Positions 43,591 through 64,000 of a DNA stretch of 64,000 nt are shown piece after piece. Each line of letters begins with the position of its first letter. Position 1 is the stretch's first letter. Under the pieces are notes generated by a model. The model was not told the origin of the DNA, did not search any database, and was given only the letters and a program-made list of their open reading frames with translations. Position numbers and translations under genes: made by a program. The DNA is from Pavona decussata (taxonomy: Eukaryota): contig CDRNST010000090.1 of the NCBI GenBank assembly GCA_977016875.1, positions 992,001-1,056,000 on the forward strand, written 5' to 3'.

Positions 43591-45456
43591 TAATAACAGA
43601 TAGCGAGTGAACTAACCAATCGGCTTACAACATTCGCGATAGAGTGATGGTAGGTTGATATTAACTTACGATAAATGGCTAAAAGAACTACAAAGAAAAC
43701 TCCGCTGAAAAAGCAAGGTCAATTCTGAACGCACAATGAACACAATGGCCTTCGAAATTTGTTTTTTCTCGCTCAGTGTGAATTCCCGAGAAAATGAAAG
43801 CGATTTTGTTTGTGTCCCACGTTGTTTGTCGGTTTTGAATAGAATTCGTTCGTGTTTACTAAGAGAATGAAAAACGGCACGTACGTGTTTTAAAAACACC
43901 TGTTTAATAACAGTAAGGAAAATGATCATGCCTAGCTCTGTCTGCCTATTGGTGTTACCTAGACAATGAAATGTTAGTTCAAGACCAGCGTGTTTGAATG
44001 TTCAAGAGTTCAAAACGTAATCACAGTTACCACAAACCAAGAAAAAAATAAATAATTAAATAAATGAGATAGTGGTAGCTCAGTGAAGGAAAAATCCAAG
44101 AACCGTGGCACTGAAAGTGAAATTTTCACCAAATAACAAACGACAAGGATAGCTGGAAGGAACTATAGCGAGTGGGATAGAGATGCCTGCTTCATTTTAA
44201 TTGTGTAATCGCGCATCTTTTGGAAAAGATACCTTTCAAGATATTTCCTAAGACAACTTGACACATATCTCAACTAGAGCTGATGTCTGAAGAATAGCTT
44301 AATAAGGCCGTCAATCATCCAACACGAGTGGAATATTGAAGTGTTTGCATATTCAGTATTTTAGATTAACAGAAGTATTCTGCATGCAGCAGCACGGAAG
44401 CCTATCGATCAAAATGAAATTCAAACCAGACGGTATTCTAGTCTAGTAATGCGGCGATGCTTTCACCACGCATTGTATAATTGTTCTAATGAAGCTGATG
44501 TTTCAACGACACTCGCCTTTTAGAATTTCCTGAATGTTTCTTTGTCAGCTGAATATATTCAGCTGTAAATGTTTAATGATCAGGGTGTCATTTTTTTCTG
44601 TTTGGCATTTACTCGTGGCTCTCAGAAATTCACTGAAGATTTACATAATAGCATAATCTCACTCTCAGCTTCTGTCAACTTGTCTAAATATTGCTTTAGC
44701 ATTTCCAAGTTTAGAAAAACAATATAGGCTAAATTAAGAAAGCTGTTTTATCGGTCGCACGCCAGGTTTAACATCTTTTACATTTCAGCGCCCAAATTGA
44801 AAGAATTAGAGTTGGATTTTCGTTTGGCAAATGTCCGAGTTCTGTCATAAAGTTAAATTTCACTGCTTCAGCGCAAAATTTTAATTTTAAAATAAAGCGA
44901 GGATCAAGAACCATTAAAATATTCTTTTGTTTCGTCACATTCTAGGTTGTATTGTTCGTCTATGTTTTTGTCATTGCGTTTTTCGCCTAAACCTCGATAT
45001 CAATTGGGAAACGAACTGTGCCTTATTTAGAATGAACACATATCACTTCAAAATCTTCAAATATACAATAACCGTTTCAAGATCTTATCTACGGACAAAG
45101 TTCTCAGATATGTTTTGAGCGCTAGATCAATTGCATAGTCCCGTGGCAACGAGAAGAAAGGCCAACTTGAAGTGACCATTATTCAGCAATTAACAAGTTG
45201 GTGAGTTGATTGCAGTCGAGTTTTTAAGTTGTCTCTCAAAGTCCGACCGCCCGGTGATTATTTATATATTTCCAGCTGATGAGATAATAAACGAGTTTGC
45301 TCATTCGCCCAATTAGCTGCATTGTTTTGATCCGGGAATCTTCATCAACCGCGACCGCAGGCCGCTTGAATAGAGGTCGTATAAAGAGATTAGCTGTGTG
45401 TTGTCACAGAATACAGAAGAATTGACAAGGCCGGCTGCAAGGTTGTCCAATTTCAA

Positions 45457-53089
<7,633 letters not shown>

Positions 53090-54270
53090 GACGAGTCACA
53101 GGAAGCTCCAGTAATCCTGCGCGCGCCGCGAAGGCGTGAAAAACGAATCAGGGAGTGGATTGGGAACGACCTGCAAATGGTACCCTCTTTGTCAGGTCAT
53201 TTTCACGCCTGCGCAGCTCGCGGAAGGCGCAGTTTGTATTCAGTTATGTGAGTCCGTGTTTCTTAACCACAATCGGGAGGGAACGCGGGCGCACATAACG
53301 CTGAACGTAGAGGTGACTTGTCTCGCGCGAGATACAAAACAAGCTTACACAAAACATAAAAACACTGTAGCTCGTAGGCTTATCTTCGAGTTGACCTTCG
53401 CAAATATCAATAATTAAAAACGCCGTGTAAATAATTCAACGTCAATATATTTATTAAGAGAGTGAATAATGTACATACCTATGTATTATGTAGTAAAAAA
53501 AGAAAAATAAGGTGGAGAGATATTTAAGTCTTAGCCAGGCAATCAGACTGTTTGAGCTACTTTAAAACAACGACGGACTTTTTTTTTTACTCAATTTTGA
53601 TTTGAGTATCATGTCCTTAAAGGAAGAAAGAAATTTAGTGATAAAAAAATTAATAGACAAGTACGTAACACTACATAGAAACGTGAATGTAAAATGTAAA
53701 TGTACTGTTTGAAAGTGGCAGTGCACTTAGCTTCCCCAAACTATCGTACAGGCATTTTACTCAAATAATTGGAAACAAACAATCAAATTATTCATACAAA
53801 ATATAAAAATTAATAAACCAAGTTTAACTAAAAATAAGCAATGAAGTTGCCAAAAATGAAAGCAGAAGATTTGTTTAACGTTTAACAGTGGTCGCTGTAT
53901 CAGCCTTTTTTCAAACAACTTGACTGTTTCAGTTGCTTTACAACGAAAGCAAACTTTGTTGTACTCGATTTGTATTTGAATGTCATGTCGGTAGACTCCG
54001 AGAAAACAACTCGTTAGTATTAATAGTAAAAAAACAAACAAACAAACAAACAAAAAAAACAGTAATATTATATAAAAATTAATAAATCAATACAATCAAT
54101 ATGACGTCTGTCACGCGTATCTCTTGATATGAAACAACAAATCCGGTAAAAAAGCACCAGTATCGTTTATTTCTTTTGTACTCCTATGCATTTGTGTGGT
54201 ACTTTGCAAACACCTTGTATTAGTCACTCGCCGTAGTCCCTTATTACGGAGCCCGCTAAGTGTCATCCTA

Positions 54271-54406
54271 AATTGCCCTTTGATTTCCAGATTTTCGCGA
54301 TTTTTTCGCCATTTTGCCCGTGTTGTGTCTCTGATCCCGTGGCGACGGAGAGCTGATAAGTCGCGCGGAAAAAAAATCGCGAAAATCTGAAAATCAAAGT
54401 GCAATT
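54271..54406. repeat. Foldback inverted repeat (MITE relic)
   Basis: aattgccctttgatttccagattttcgcgatttttt (54271-54306) is near-perfectly inverted at ~54370-54406. Confidence 0.7.
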
Positions 54407-55878
54407 TTGGATTTTTCTCCTTATTGTTTAGTATTTTCCCAGAATCAAACCATGGGACGTGTAGTCAGATAGCCTCACATTTTTTTGGATGAAACCCCCA
54501 CACTCTGACAATCGGCGAGGTATCAATTTCGAGATACAGCGTGTATATAAATTCAGGACCTAGATGGTACACAGTTCATTACTGGTGGCGATAGTGAAAC
54601 ACAATATGGTGCGCCCTACTGCAAATCCAACTCCTTGGACTTCTGCGTCTGGTGTGGCTGCACAGACCAATCCTTGGATAGTCATCACTATTGTAGCTGG
54701 CCATGGTAGACAAAGCAAAAAGGCAGCGTTTAGTTGTACTCTGCTGGCCTCTATCAACATTAGCCTGTCAGGTGCCTCTTCACATCGAAGAATTCTAACC
54801 ACACCAGCCAGTTTACGGTCGGGTCATGCAATAATTTTTCCTAATGGTACAAACTACCAGGTTTGTTGCAGTGCACGTTGGATATGATCAGATTATAGAA
54901 CGGTATCATCGAACGCAACCAGGTCAGGTAATAAAAGGAAGGGAAACAGTGAAAATTCGGTCTTATTTCAGATGAACTGGCTTGCTTTCGTCATTAATAA
55001 GCTTCGCTCTCGCTTCATCCATCAAGTACGCTTATTTGCGGCCCATGCAATTAGAGCATTTGGTGCCGGAGCACCTCGGTTAACAAAAACACCTTTGATA
55101 GCGGCCAGGGCTGCTATTTAGAGTGGGGAGGGGGGGGGGGGGGGTGCTTTCTGAAGGAGAGCGCTAAATTGTATGAATCCTTGTAGTGACTATGAACTGC
55201 GGCGGTTGAAATGTAAATCAAAACGCGCGGATCAAACGGACGACCTTTGGAGTTAATTACTCTAATTTTTCTGTTCCATCCGGTTTGAATGGAAATTTCC
55301 GTCCCATTTGCACAAAATTTCCATTCCCATTTTCTTGCCTTCTTGCGCCATCATTGCGCCACCACGTACGTTCTTTAATTAACCTTTGAGAAAAAAGCCT
55401 TTCCATTTGACACGAAACAGTTTATGAAATTACCAACCAAATATTTTGGCTAAATGGAAAGCGCCCTTGGTCTTGCCAGTTTATCCTTTTGTTTGAATTA
55501 TCACTTGAATCCGGTCATCGCATTTTTATTTTCATGCCTTCTTTTTCACCCCTTTCTTGTTTTCTACGAGGTGCTTCCTTAGGAACGCACAACAGAGATA
55601 GTTCGTCCAGACGCATAATGCCTCTTGTGCTCGTCTTTACACTAGAGACGAATAATTAGACGAACAACAAATGTTTGGCCAAGTTCGTCCAGACGGATAA
55701 TGCTTCCTCTAGTATAAAACGGCCAATTTTTCGGCCGATCTCTTTTTCTGCTTGTGTAGCAGGGAGTGAAAATCAACCTGATTGAAAAATCTGTAGTACT
55801 GCCACAGATGTTTATAAATCGAGCTGATTTTCGTCCGCTCACTCATTTTCTTTGTCACATTGGGTCAAATCAGCCCGA

Positions 55879-56276
55879 TTAAGGACGGTGCCTACTAATA
55901 AAGAAGTATTTTTGTGTGGTTTTTGGCTATGCGGGTAAAGCAGATCTTATAAAGGGGTACTGAAATCCAAAAAGAAAATTGGGGATAGCCACACATTTTT
56001 TAGGGACAATTAAGCAACAATTGTTCTAAAAAGCAGTAAAATACAAGGCAATGTATGGCGTTTTTTCGAAATTAAAGCTTTTTTAGCTCTGAAAAATGCA
56101 TGGTTACCCCAAAATTGCTTTTTGAATACCAAGGGCACTTGCTAAGTTCTGCTTTCTCTGCATGGTTTTAAACCGCGCAGAAATATCCCTGTATAATATA
56201 AGTAGGCACCACCCATAGGAAACCCGAGTATCTCAAGATGCGCAGAACGTATGCGCAGTAACAAACCGTCCTTTAA
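55879..56276. mobile_element. MITE family copy 2 (same family as 35311-35663)
   Basis: ttaaggacggtgcc ... accgtcctttaa; collinear with copy 1. Confidence 0.72.
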
Positions 56277-56954
56277 ATTGGCCTTTACTTAATTTACGAA
56301 CATCGCTCTGCCTGTTCTCCGCGGGAGGCTCATCGTATTAGAAACGCCACTTTCGTAGACGCGTCAACGATACACAAATGATTGTTTGGTAAAAGTCAAG
56401 GATATTCTCATATGGTAACCTAAAAAAGTAGCCTGCTGGATTAACTATGGATTAACATTGTAAAATCATGCTCTCAGTAGCATCCAATGGTTTATTTCCA
56501 ATGGTTTATTTTCAAAATGTCAACTCCAAATTTGGTAACACCGGAAAAATAATTCCTTTCGTTTTCGAAGGGGGATTTCCGCTGAAGTACAGTATGTCGT
56601 TAAAAATGCTAAAAAAGTTCAGCTGCCACTTTCGAAAAACCAACAACAGCTAGTAAATTCGGGGAATAAAATTCTGTTTCCTAAAACTTTCTGCAACTTA
56701 CATTTTCAACTAAAGCATCCGAACACCTCAATCTGTATTAACTTACTCAAATATGTCCTTAAAAGGACAAAAAACGATCTTGGAATTCACGAGACAATAT
56801 TTGAAGTATTTTGTTCAAATGTTCTTTTCGGGTGTTCCATTTTTCTGCTGAAGAGGAACTTACATCACCCTCAGTTTAAGCGTATTCTTTTGGGACAATT
56901 CTAGCTATTCTAATTTCGGTTTCAGAATGACAGAATACTGTTTATTTAGTGATG

Positions 56955-57358
56955 TTAAAGGGGAAGTCTCATGGGGTTTTGACCTGTTTGGTTAAAAATG
57001 GTGAAATAAGACCTTCACATAGCTACAAAACAATTTTAGAACAACGAGGGGAAAGAGATCAACTCAATTCTTGAAAAAAACAAACAACCAAAAAAAACAA
57101 AAAAAACAACTCGTGCTCTGTTCTACGGCATTTTGAAAATATAAATGCGAGAACTTGAAAAACATTAGCCTAACATTTTTCAAGTTTCAATCCATTCCGA
57201 CCTACTCTGTCTCTAGCCAGAGGCACTAATCGACGGTTTAATTACACTAGGGTGATAATTTATAACAAAACTAGACAATTATTTTATGTTTCTATTGACA
57301 GACAAACATTTTTGGGTTTTGAAATGACATTAAATTTGCGTGATACTTCCCCTTTTAA
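56955..57358. mobile_element. MITE (ttaaaggggaagt TIR)
   Basis: ttaaaggggaagtctcatg ... cgtgatacttccccttttaa. A second, oppositely oriented copy lies at 60066-60425. Confidence 0.72.
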
Positions 57359-58453
57359 CGTTAAGTTATTTTTGTCTTGTGACCGTCATCTGTATGCCGC
57401 TCTTACGATTCAAGGTCTAGATTATTCTACTCAAGTGTTTAGCAGGTTTTTAAAGTTTTGTTGTCCAGTTGATCATTTTAGTCTTTAAACAAATGTTCTC
57501 GAAATAGATACGCATTGAAGTTCTTCGTGACCTTGGCTTGGACCACTGTGAAAAACTTCAGTTCTAAATATAGTAGTTAGCTTTCCGTGTTTTCCGATGC
57601 TCGTTAGTTATTTGTATGATCGTGTAGGTCTATTTTGGTTTCCTTAGTTGAGTGCCGTCTAAACTCTTGAGGTTCTCGTGATTCACAGGCCCAAACATGT
57701 CTACAAATTCAGCAGATATGCAACTGCTAAAATTTGATAATCTTGTAATTAAATGAGATCAGTTTACTTAATTAAGACTGATTCACTCGCAGAAGGGCAG
57801 TTGATGTTATTGTAAGTAGAGCAAGACAACTGGATCAGAGCCTTGGTACTTATGTCATCGTAGAGCCGAATCTGCTCTTCCCTATCACAGCATAACGTTA
57901 ATACACAGCATATCACTTTCCCAAAAGCACACAATTCCGTTTATTCCAAGTAAGTCAATTTTTGTTAGCTTTGAATACTAAGTTTTAAAATCTTATAATT
58001 GGCCAAGTACCATGTCTGTAATCACTGTGTAATCGGCAAAAAAACATTTAAAAATATACTTAGCGGGCCCGGTAAGTTACCAGGTTTTCGAGAAACGCTG
58101 TACCGAAGAGAATACTTCATCCTCTCTCGCCAAGAAGCCTACAGCCGTCCTATCCAGCATGTTGTAAAAGGAATTGTCCAGTTTTCACGGCGTTTATAGT
58201 AAAGGAGTTCGTGTGCCTGTTTAAATGCAGCAAGTGATGAACTTAGTTACGATAATAAACTGTCCTGAAACTGTTGCAGAAATTGTAGGAATTGTAATGA
58301 CACTTGAATAAGCGAACACGACACTGAGTGATAAAAGGATTGAAAGTTAGAAACATCACAGATTAATCTTCAAACTAGTGGGCAGGAATAAACCATCCAA
58401 TGAACGATGCTTACATCTGATAAATCAAAGAAAGCAGTTTTAAATGTTCTGTA

Positions 58454-58745
58454 TAGCGCGGTTTTCAATTGACTGTCGAAAGTAATTCGCGTTTGCTTTG
58501 GTTTTGCATTACTACGGTCTGTGATTGGTTCACAAAACACGCGCCACTTTCTCAACCCGGCAACGTGAGAAGCAAAACCAAAACTAATCGTGTTTTCGCC
58601 GCACGCGTTTTCCCGCGCTTGTCGCCAGTTACATGTATTTGCTTCGAATTCTATTTGGCTTGCTGTGTTGTTTACATCTGTTCCCATTGGCCAGAGTAAT
58701 TAATTTGGTTTTGGTTTTACTGACACTCAATTGAAAACCGCTCTA
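58454..58745. mobile_element. MITE (tagagcggttttcaattga-type TIR)
   Basis: tagcgcggttttcaattgactgtc ... gacactcaattgaaaaccgctcta. Confidence 0.75.
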
Positions 58746-60065
58746 ATAAGCTTTACAAGTTGAAATTAAATAAAAACTGATGCAAAGCATTCAAGTTAAT
58801 TTAGAATATAATATTGAACATACAAAATTTTCACAAACCTGCGACCTGTTTTGTTATGAAAAAGCTTTGATGTCAAGAAATTTACAATTAAGTTCTTATC
58901 TAACCACAGGGTCAAGGGTGAACATCTCACGAAAAGGGTTTCACAGTCGTCAGTTTAAAGGTCTTGAAAGGGATACTCCATTAGTGAGTTTCTTCCAAGT
59001 TTTTCTTACAGTTACTATCAAAACCGTATTGACTGATGAGATTGTCATGTTCTCGTGGGTTTAAAGATTTTTGTTAACTGCCTGGAAAGTAGGTTTGCCT
59101 GTCGACTAATTTTATCCTTGACTTGCCCACATGCAAAAGTTTTCCCAGCGACACCACTGGTTGAATAGTAACGAACGAAAGGAAGGAAGGAAGGAAGGAA
59201 TAGGAATGAATGAACGAATAAAATTACATTAGGCTAAACCATTCAGGCACTCGGCTCTTTAAAGGGGCAGTTTCACTTACTTTAGTACGTAGAATACATA
59301 GTACTTATTTGTTTCAACGGAATCGTTAAACTTTATTAGTAATGGTTGAGTTTTGTTTACACTAAACCCTACTAGTGCACAGAAAAACTGCTATCAATTA
59401 TGTTTGGATGCGGATGGCTAGGATGGAACTGGATTGCAACTGGAAAAAATTGGCCAACTTTCTCAAGTTCTTCTTGTGTATTTAGAAAAGTCGCTAAAAC
59501 GTGATTATACTTTGTTCTTCCTAGGAGAAAAACTTTACTATTTTCTTCCCGGTGCTGTAAGAGCAATTTCATGTTACAAACCAGGTTCTTTGTAAAACAT
59601 TTTGAGAAGTTTTGACCAAAATGCAGCAAAATCGCCGCGACAGTGCCCCAGTTTAAGGATATTTTTTCAGCTGTATACGAAACACTAACAATTGTTAAAA
59701 CAATTCCCTACTTTCATTAGCGTAAACTAGAGCCGGAGTAGAACTTTTCTCCCAATCTGATGTTGCAACGTGCTTCTTTGGCAAGGATATTATTCAGTAC
59801 GTGCCATTGTGTAGGCTCGATGGTGCAGTGGTTAGCGAGTCCGGCTTTCTGTCGGAAAATTTGAGGGTCGGTGGTTGATGCTAGATTGATCTCTAGATTA
59901 GAACGATTAGAACTATAAGGAACGAAATCTTATTTTCCAAATTTAAACCATGCGTCACTGTTTTTTCTTTTTCGAGAAACAAACTCTCTAAAATTTACGA
60001 TGTTATCCAAATGAACATTTAGATTTTTCAACGCAAACCTCCTTTGACGTGGAAATTTCAGGATA

Positions 60066-60425
60066 TTAAAGGGGAAGTATCACGAAAATTTGCTGTCATT
60101 TCAAAACCCAAAAATGTTTGACTGTCAGCAGAAACAACGAAATAATTGTCAAGTTTGTTAACAATTATCACCCCAGTGCAATAAAAGTGTCGATTAGTGC
60201 CTCTGGCCAGAGACAGAGTAGGCCGGTTTGGATTGAAACTTGAAAAATATTAGGCTAATATTTTTCAAGTTCTCCCATTTTTGTTTCCAAAATGCGCTAG
60301 AACAGATCACGAGTTGTATCTTTCAAGAATTGAGTTGATTTCGTTCCTCTCGTCATTCTAGAATTATTTGGCAGGTGATTGAAGGTCTTATTTCATCTTT
60401 TTTAACAAAAGATATCAAAAACCCC
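60066..60425. mobile_element. Second copy of the 56955-57358 MITE, inverted, one end truncated
   Basis: Reverse-complement similarity across the length, e.g. tcgattagtgcctctggccagagacagagtagg versus cctactctgtctctagccagaggcactaatcga. Confidence 0.7.
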
Positions 60426-63400
60426 GTTGTTAAGTCTGTTAAGCCTATGTTGTTTTTAGCTCTGAGTAATTAAAAACTAATACATGTATCTTAGTTTTTC
60501 GTTGCATCACCTGAGGCGATGTACATTAGTTTCTTGCCATATGGCATATACTTTTTATCATGTGATTCGGCCATCCTATTAACAATTAATAATAAGACTG
60601 TCGCGAAACCGATGTCATCTGTAAAATAGCGTTTACTGCATCAGTGATAATTTTGATCATGTCCTTGGGCTCTTAGAAGATCAGGAACATGGTGACACAA
60701 AAACTGTTACTTCTCTGATTATTTTTAACATTTGCATTTATCATTGGCAATATCAGCGAACGTTCAATATAACACAGCTAAATACATAAAACACATTGCA
60801 GCTGAATACTTATAAGGTCGTTACGTTTTACTTTGGCCGTTCACAGTACCTTTTTTATGAAAAGATAAAAAAATTAGCGTAGTGGTAAAGCAAGAAAGAA
60901 AATAATACAATTGCAACCAATGAAGGTACCGACAATTACTCCTGATCGAAGCGGCGAAGGCCACGACAGTCTTTTTCTGTTGTTGTTGAAGAAGAGCCAA
61001 TAGAAAGGGTGCAGTAGATCAAGATTTTCTCTTTTGAAATGGATGTACAATTTTATTGTTTATAGTTCAAACAGGACTGAAATGCTGTCGGACAAGTTCA
61101 AGGTGAGTCAAATCTGAATATACACACCCACAGAAGTTGTGTTTTCGTTTGGGGAGGATTTTTGACAGTTGGTATGATTTATTGAAATTGAAATGAATAA
61201 TAATACAATGACAGACAGTAATACATGCAGAAACCACATAATTATATGTACAATTCACGGACATTAAAACTCATATGAAAATAAAGAGAGAGTACAAGTA
61301 CAACACAGTACGGAACAGAAACGTATGAACAGCGGTGGGTCTAAAATAACAATTTTCTAAAACTGACATAAAAACTGTCTATGATCTAGGTAAGGCCGTC
61401 GGAATGATTGGGAACCTAAGAACCCGAAATAGCTGACTTGAAAATGTAAAGGGGAAAATGGTTGAAGTTTACCTCGGATTAAGAACCTCAGTGTGAAAAC
61501 TCACAGCTTACGTAAAACGAAGGAAACTGAAAAACATCAAAACAATGCAAGGAAGGAAAACAATATAACCTACAACACACAAAAAACCTGTCAGGTTCTT
61601 ACACCGACGTTAATCCTACATTTAGAAAATTACTGTTTCAATGTCTCGTAATTGATTAAAAATATTATTGAGGAAATTTTGCGATTCCCGTGGCGAGAGT
61701 ACAGTAGATGCATTCAACACCAAGAAGATTTCAAATACAAGGAACAATATATTTCCACAAGAGAACATGTAAATCTCTTGACTTCAGCTCATTGTTATTC
61801 AAGAGCCTGGTCACGATTAATGACACAAGAAAGAAAACCTCTCTGAAAGAAACAACGAAGGCACTGAGAGTACTTGGTAGTTGACTGAGCCGTTTCCGTT
61901 CAGTCGAGCGAAAACAATGTCCTTGAGTAACTAAACGGCGCAAGCAAGTGGGTTCAGTACTGAAGGGCTGTATTCGTGGCGCATTAGCTGCGGATATTGC
62001 GTGTAAAGCGCAAGCAGGATTAACTGAGACTGCGCTCCTTTTATCCGCTTATTGTTTAATTTTCACAAGTCTTTGTTGTGCTGTTTTTGGAGTTAGCTCT
62101 TTGGCGAGACATTTAATTGGAAGTTGCTCTTCGAAATCTACATTTTGACATTGTTGTCCCGCCCATAAGCTCAAATAAAGCAGCAACTAATCCCGAAAAC
62201 GTCTTAGACCTGCAATGAAAGGGATTAAGTTAAATCTATCTCTAGGGAAAGGTCACTTCGAATTACTGCATTCGAAGGAAAAGCGGAATAAATTTCAGCG
62301 AACGAAGTAAAGATTAAATGTGACTGTTTATGCAAGGGGGATAATGGAAAGAAACAATGCATGAAGACTCCGAGAATAAAAAATGGAATTCAGATTCTTG
62401 TAATTCGATCCACTCCTATAAAAAAGAAGAGAAAAAAAAAAAGCGGCTGTAGTGAGTGTCAATGGTTGCGTGCCAAATTATGAATGCGAGCTGTCGTAAA
62501 TCGATTTCTGAGAAAACTAAACTTCCTGACCTAAGGCATAAACACGTTAGAACGGCTTCCGATAAGAGTCACGTTTCCCCTCTTAAATCGTTTTTGATTG
62601 TTCAAAAATGCAAAATTGATAAACACAAGTATACATATATTCACGGCCACGTTTCCTGTAGAAGTATTTTGTTTCCATGACCCGGGGCCGATATATTTTG
62701 ACAAATTTCTCGTGCCAAGCATAATTGACATCCTATCAATCTTGTGAAACGAGATGTACTGAGAAGCCCCAACAGAAAGCCGATTTGAGTTTCTTTTAAA
62801 CAAATTATCAAATTAGCTTTCAACCTCAAGTAAATTGACCACTGATTTAAATAAAGCTAATTTTAAAATGGGAAAATTTGATGGAAAATCACACTTCGCG
62901 GAAACCCCTTTTATAAATCACGTGATGTTTTTCTTACGTTTGATTGGTGGTTACTCCCTTGAAAAAAAAATTGAAGAAAGCTGAGCAAAACAAAAACATC
63001 TTCAATTTCATCAGACAGTATCGATCAAAAGCATGAGTGGGGAAAGGTTTGGCTCCTCTGTGTTAACCGAGATATCTACTACCCAGACGCTCTAGTTCTC
63101 TCGCAACGAAAGGACCAGTCTCATCGAGATATTGCAGCTATTTGACTTTTTGCGTTTTTTTTTCAGTCCTTGAACAGACTCAGCCAAATTACAACCGTGC
63201 GGATTGTCAGATCGCCAAGCCTATGAAAGAAATCGTGGGGCGTTTAGTGCGGCTAAACTTGTACTTAATCTCCGAAGTTTGGCCGTTTTCGTGGATGGTA
63301 GCTTTCTACGGCACCAATTACTCGATTGTCGCCATTGGAATGTTCTACGTTATTGATTTTCGGCGTTTGTTTTAATGCTTCGCGTCGCCACCCTCCATTT

Positions 63401-63812
63401 TGGGCCATCAACATTCATCGACGCAGCATTTATAGAATCTCGTCAACTGAAACTGATAGGAAGTGGGTATTTTTGGAATATCGAATACAGCGTTGTTCAA
63501 AGGTATGGTTATGCTTCAAGGGGCCCTGATTGACGTAAACAGGCATTTTCACACCAAACTGAGAAAGTCGCTTTTCTTGCCAGTTCGTCCGCCATATTAG
63601 GCCAATCAACATTTATTGAAACGAAACGCAGCTGAACTAGAGAGACGTCGCCTAAACAAGGCCTAAACATAACAGTCTAGCCAGCTGTTTGGAGTTTGGA
63701 AGTTTCCTGTGGTAAATTCATCGTTTTAATTATCTGTATTTAGCATCGCTTTACAGAAAATTACTGCGCTAATAATTGCTAATTCCCCTGAGGGCGGGAT
63801 TTTCAAACAGTC

Positions 63813-64000
63813 ATGAATGAAATTGATTATGACCAAGAGCATCCGCGTGAGCTAATCAAGTGCGTGGTGATCGGGGACACAGGTGTGGGTAAAACGCGGC
63901 TGATCTGCGCAGAAGCTCTTGGAGTAGGCATTCCAGCACCGCAGGTCACTCAAAAACAACATGTTCACTTCCCCACAGTATTTGCAATTGATCAGTATCA
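63813..64000 (+). CDS. RHOBTB: RhoBTB atypical Rho GTPase, first coding exon (truncated by window end)
   Basis: MNEIDYDQEHPRELIKCVVIGDTGVGKTRLICAEAL...HFPTVFAIDQY matches the RhoBTB1/2 N-terminus (IKCVVVGDNAVGKTRLICA...HVPTVWAIDQY). A possible splice acceptor (tttcaaacag) ends at 63810, just before the ATG. Confidence 0.88.
   Translation, partial: MNEIDYDQEHPRELIKCVVIGDTGVGKTRLICAEALGVGIPAPQVTQKQHVHFPTVFAIDQY

Noticed and set aside
44113-44124. Isolated ISRE match, and isolated kB matches at 39582 and 56571
   Set aside because: Single motifs without clustering or core-promoter context; expected by chance in 64 kb.
54540-54900. GC-balanced segment with ORFs on both strands (80 and 107 aa)
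   Set aside because: No recognisable domain or consistent splice structure in the frames I translated.
61900-62209. Possible minus-strand exon (acceptor cctttcattgcag) divergent from RhoBTB
   Set aside because: The frames I checked close quickly; a lncRNA cannot be supported without expression data.

Overview
Eukaryotic, intron-rich animal DNA, most likely a cnidarian (stony coral); that assignment is inferred from the duplicated PCGF5 and the repeat families. By hand-splicing GT-AG exons I recover a cluster of three complete non-canonical PRC1 genes: PCGF3 (- strand, CDS 14343->2240, 9 coding exons, 239 aa) and two tandem PCGF5 paralogs (+ strand, 23009-40262, 260 aa; 45457-53089, 258 aa) with matching exon phases. 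The first coding exon of a RhoBTB gene starts at 63813 and runs off the window. The most striking feature is an intronless 767-aa RNase gene (31961-34264) nested on the SAME strand inside intron 4 of the first PCGF5 paralog. It combines N4BP1/KHNYN-type N-terminal KH-like domains with a Regnase-type UBA-like domain, an intact PIN/NYN active site, a CCCH finger and a C-terminal helical domain. It has its own TATA promoter carrying ISRE/IRF, AP-1 and NF-kB motifs. Introns and intergenic DNA hold many MITEs, a Deu/Nin-type SINE, an R4/Dong-like fragment and a 1.56-kb TIR element with a 9-bp TSD. Most short ORFs in the supplied track are spurious or are exon fragments read through into introns. 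All family assignments come from remembered sequence motifs, not from database searches.
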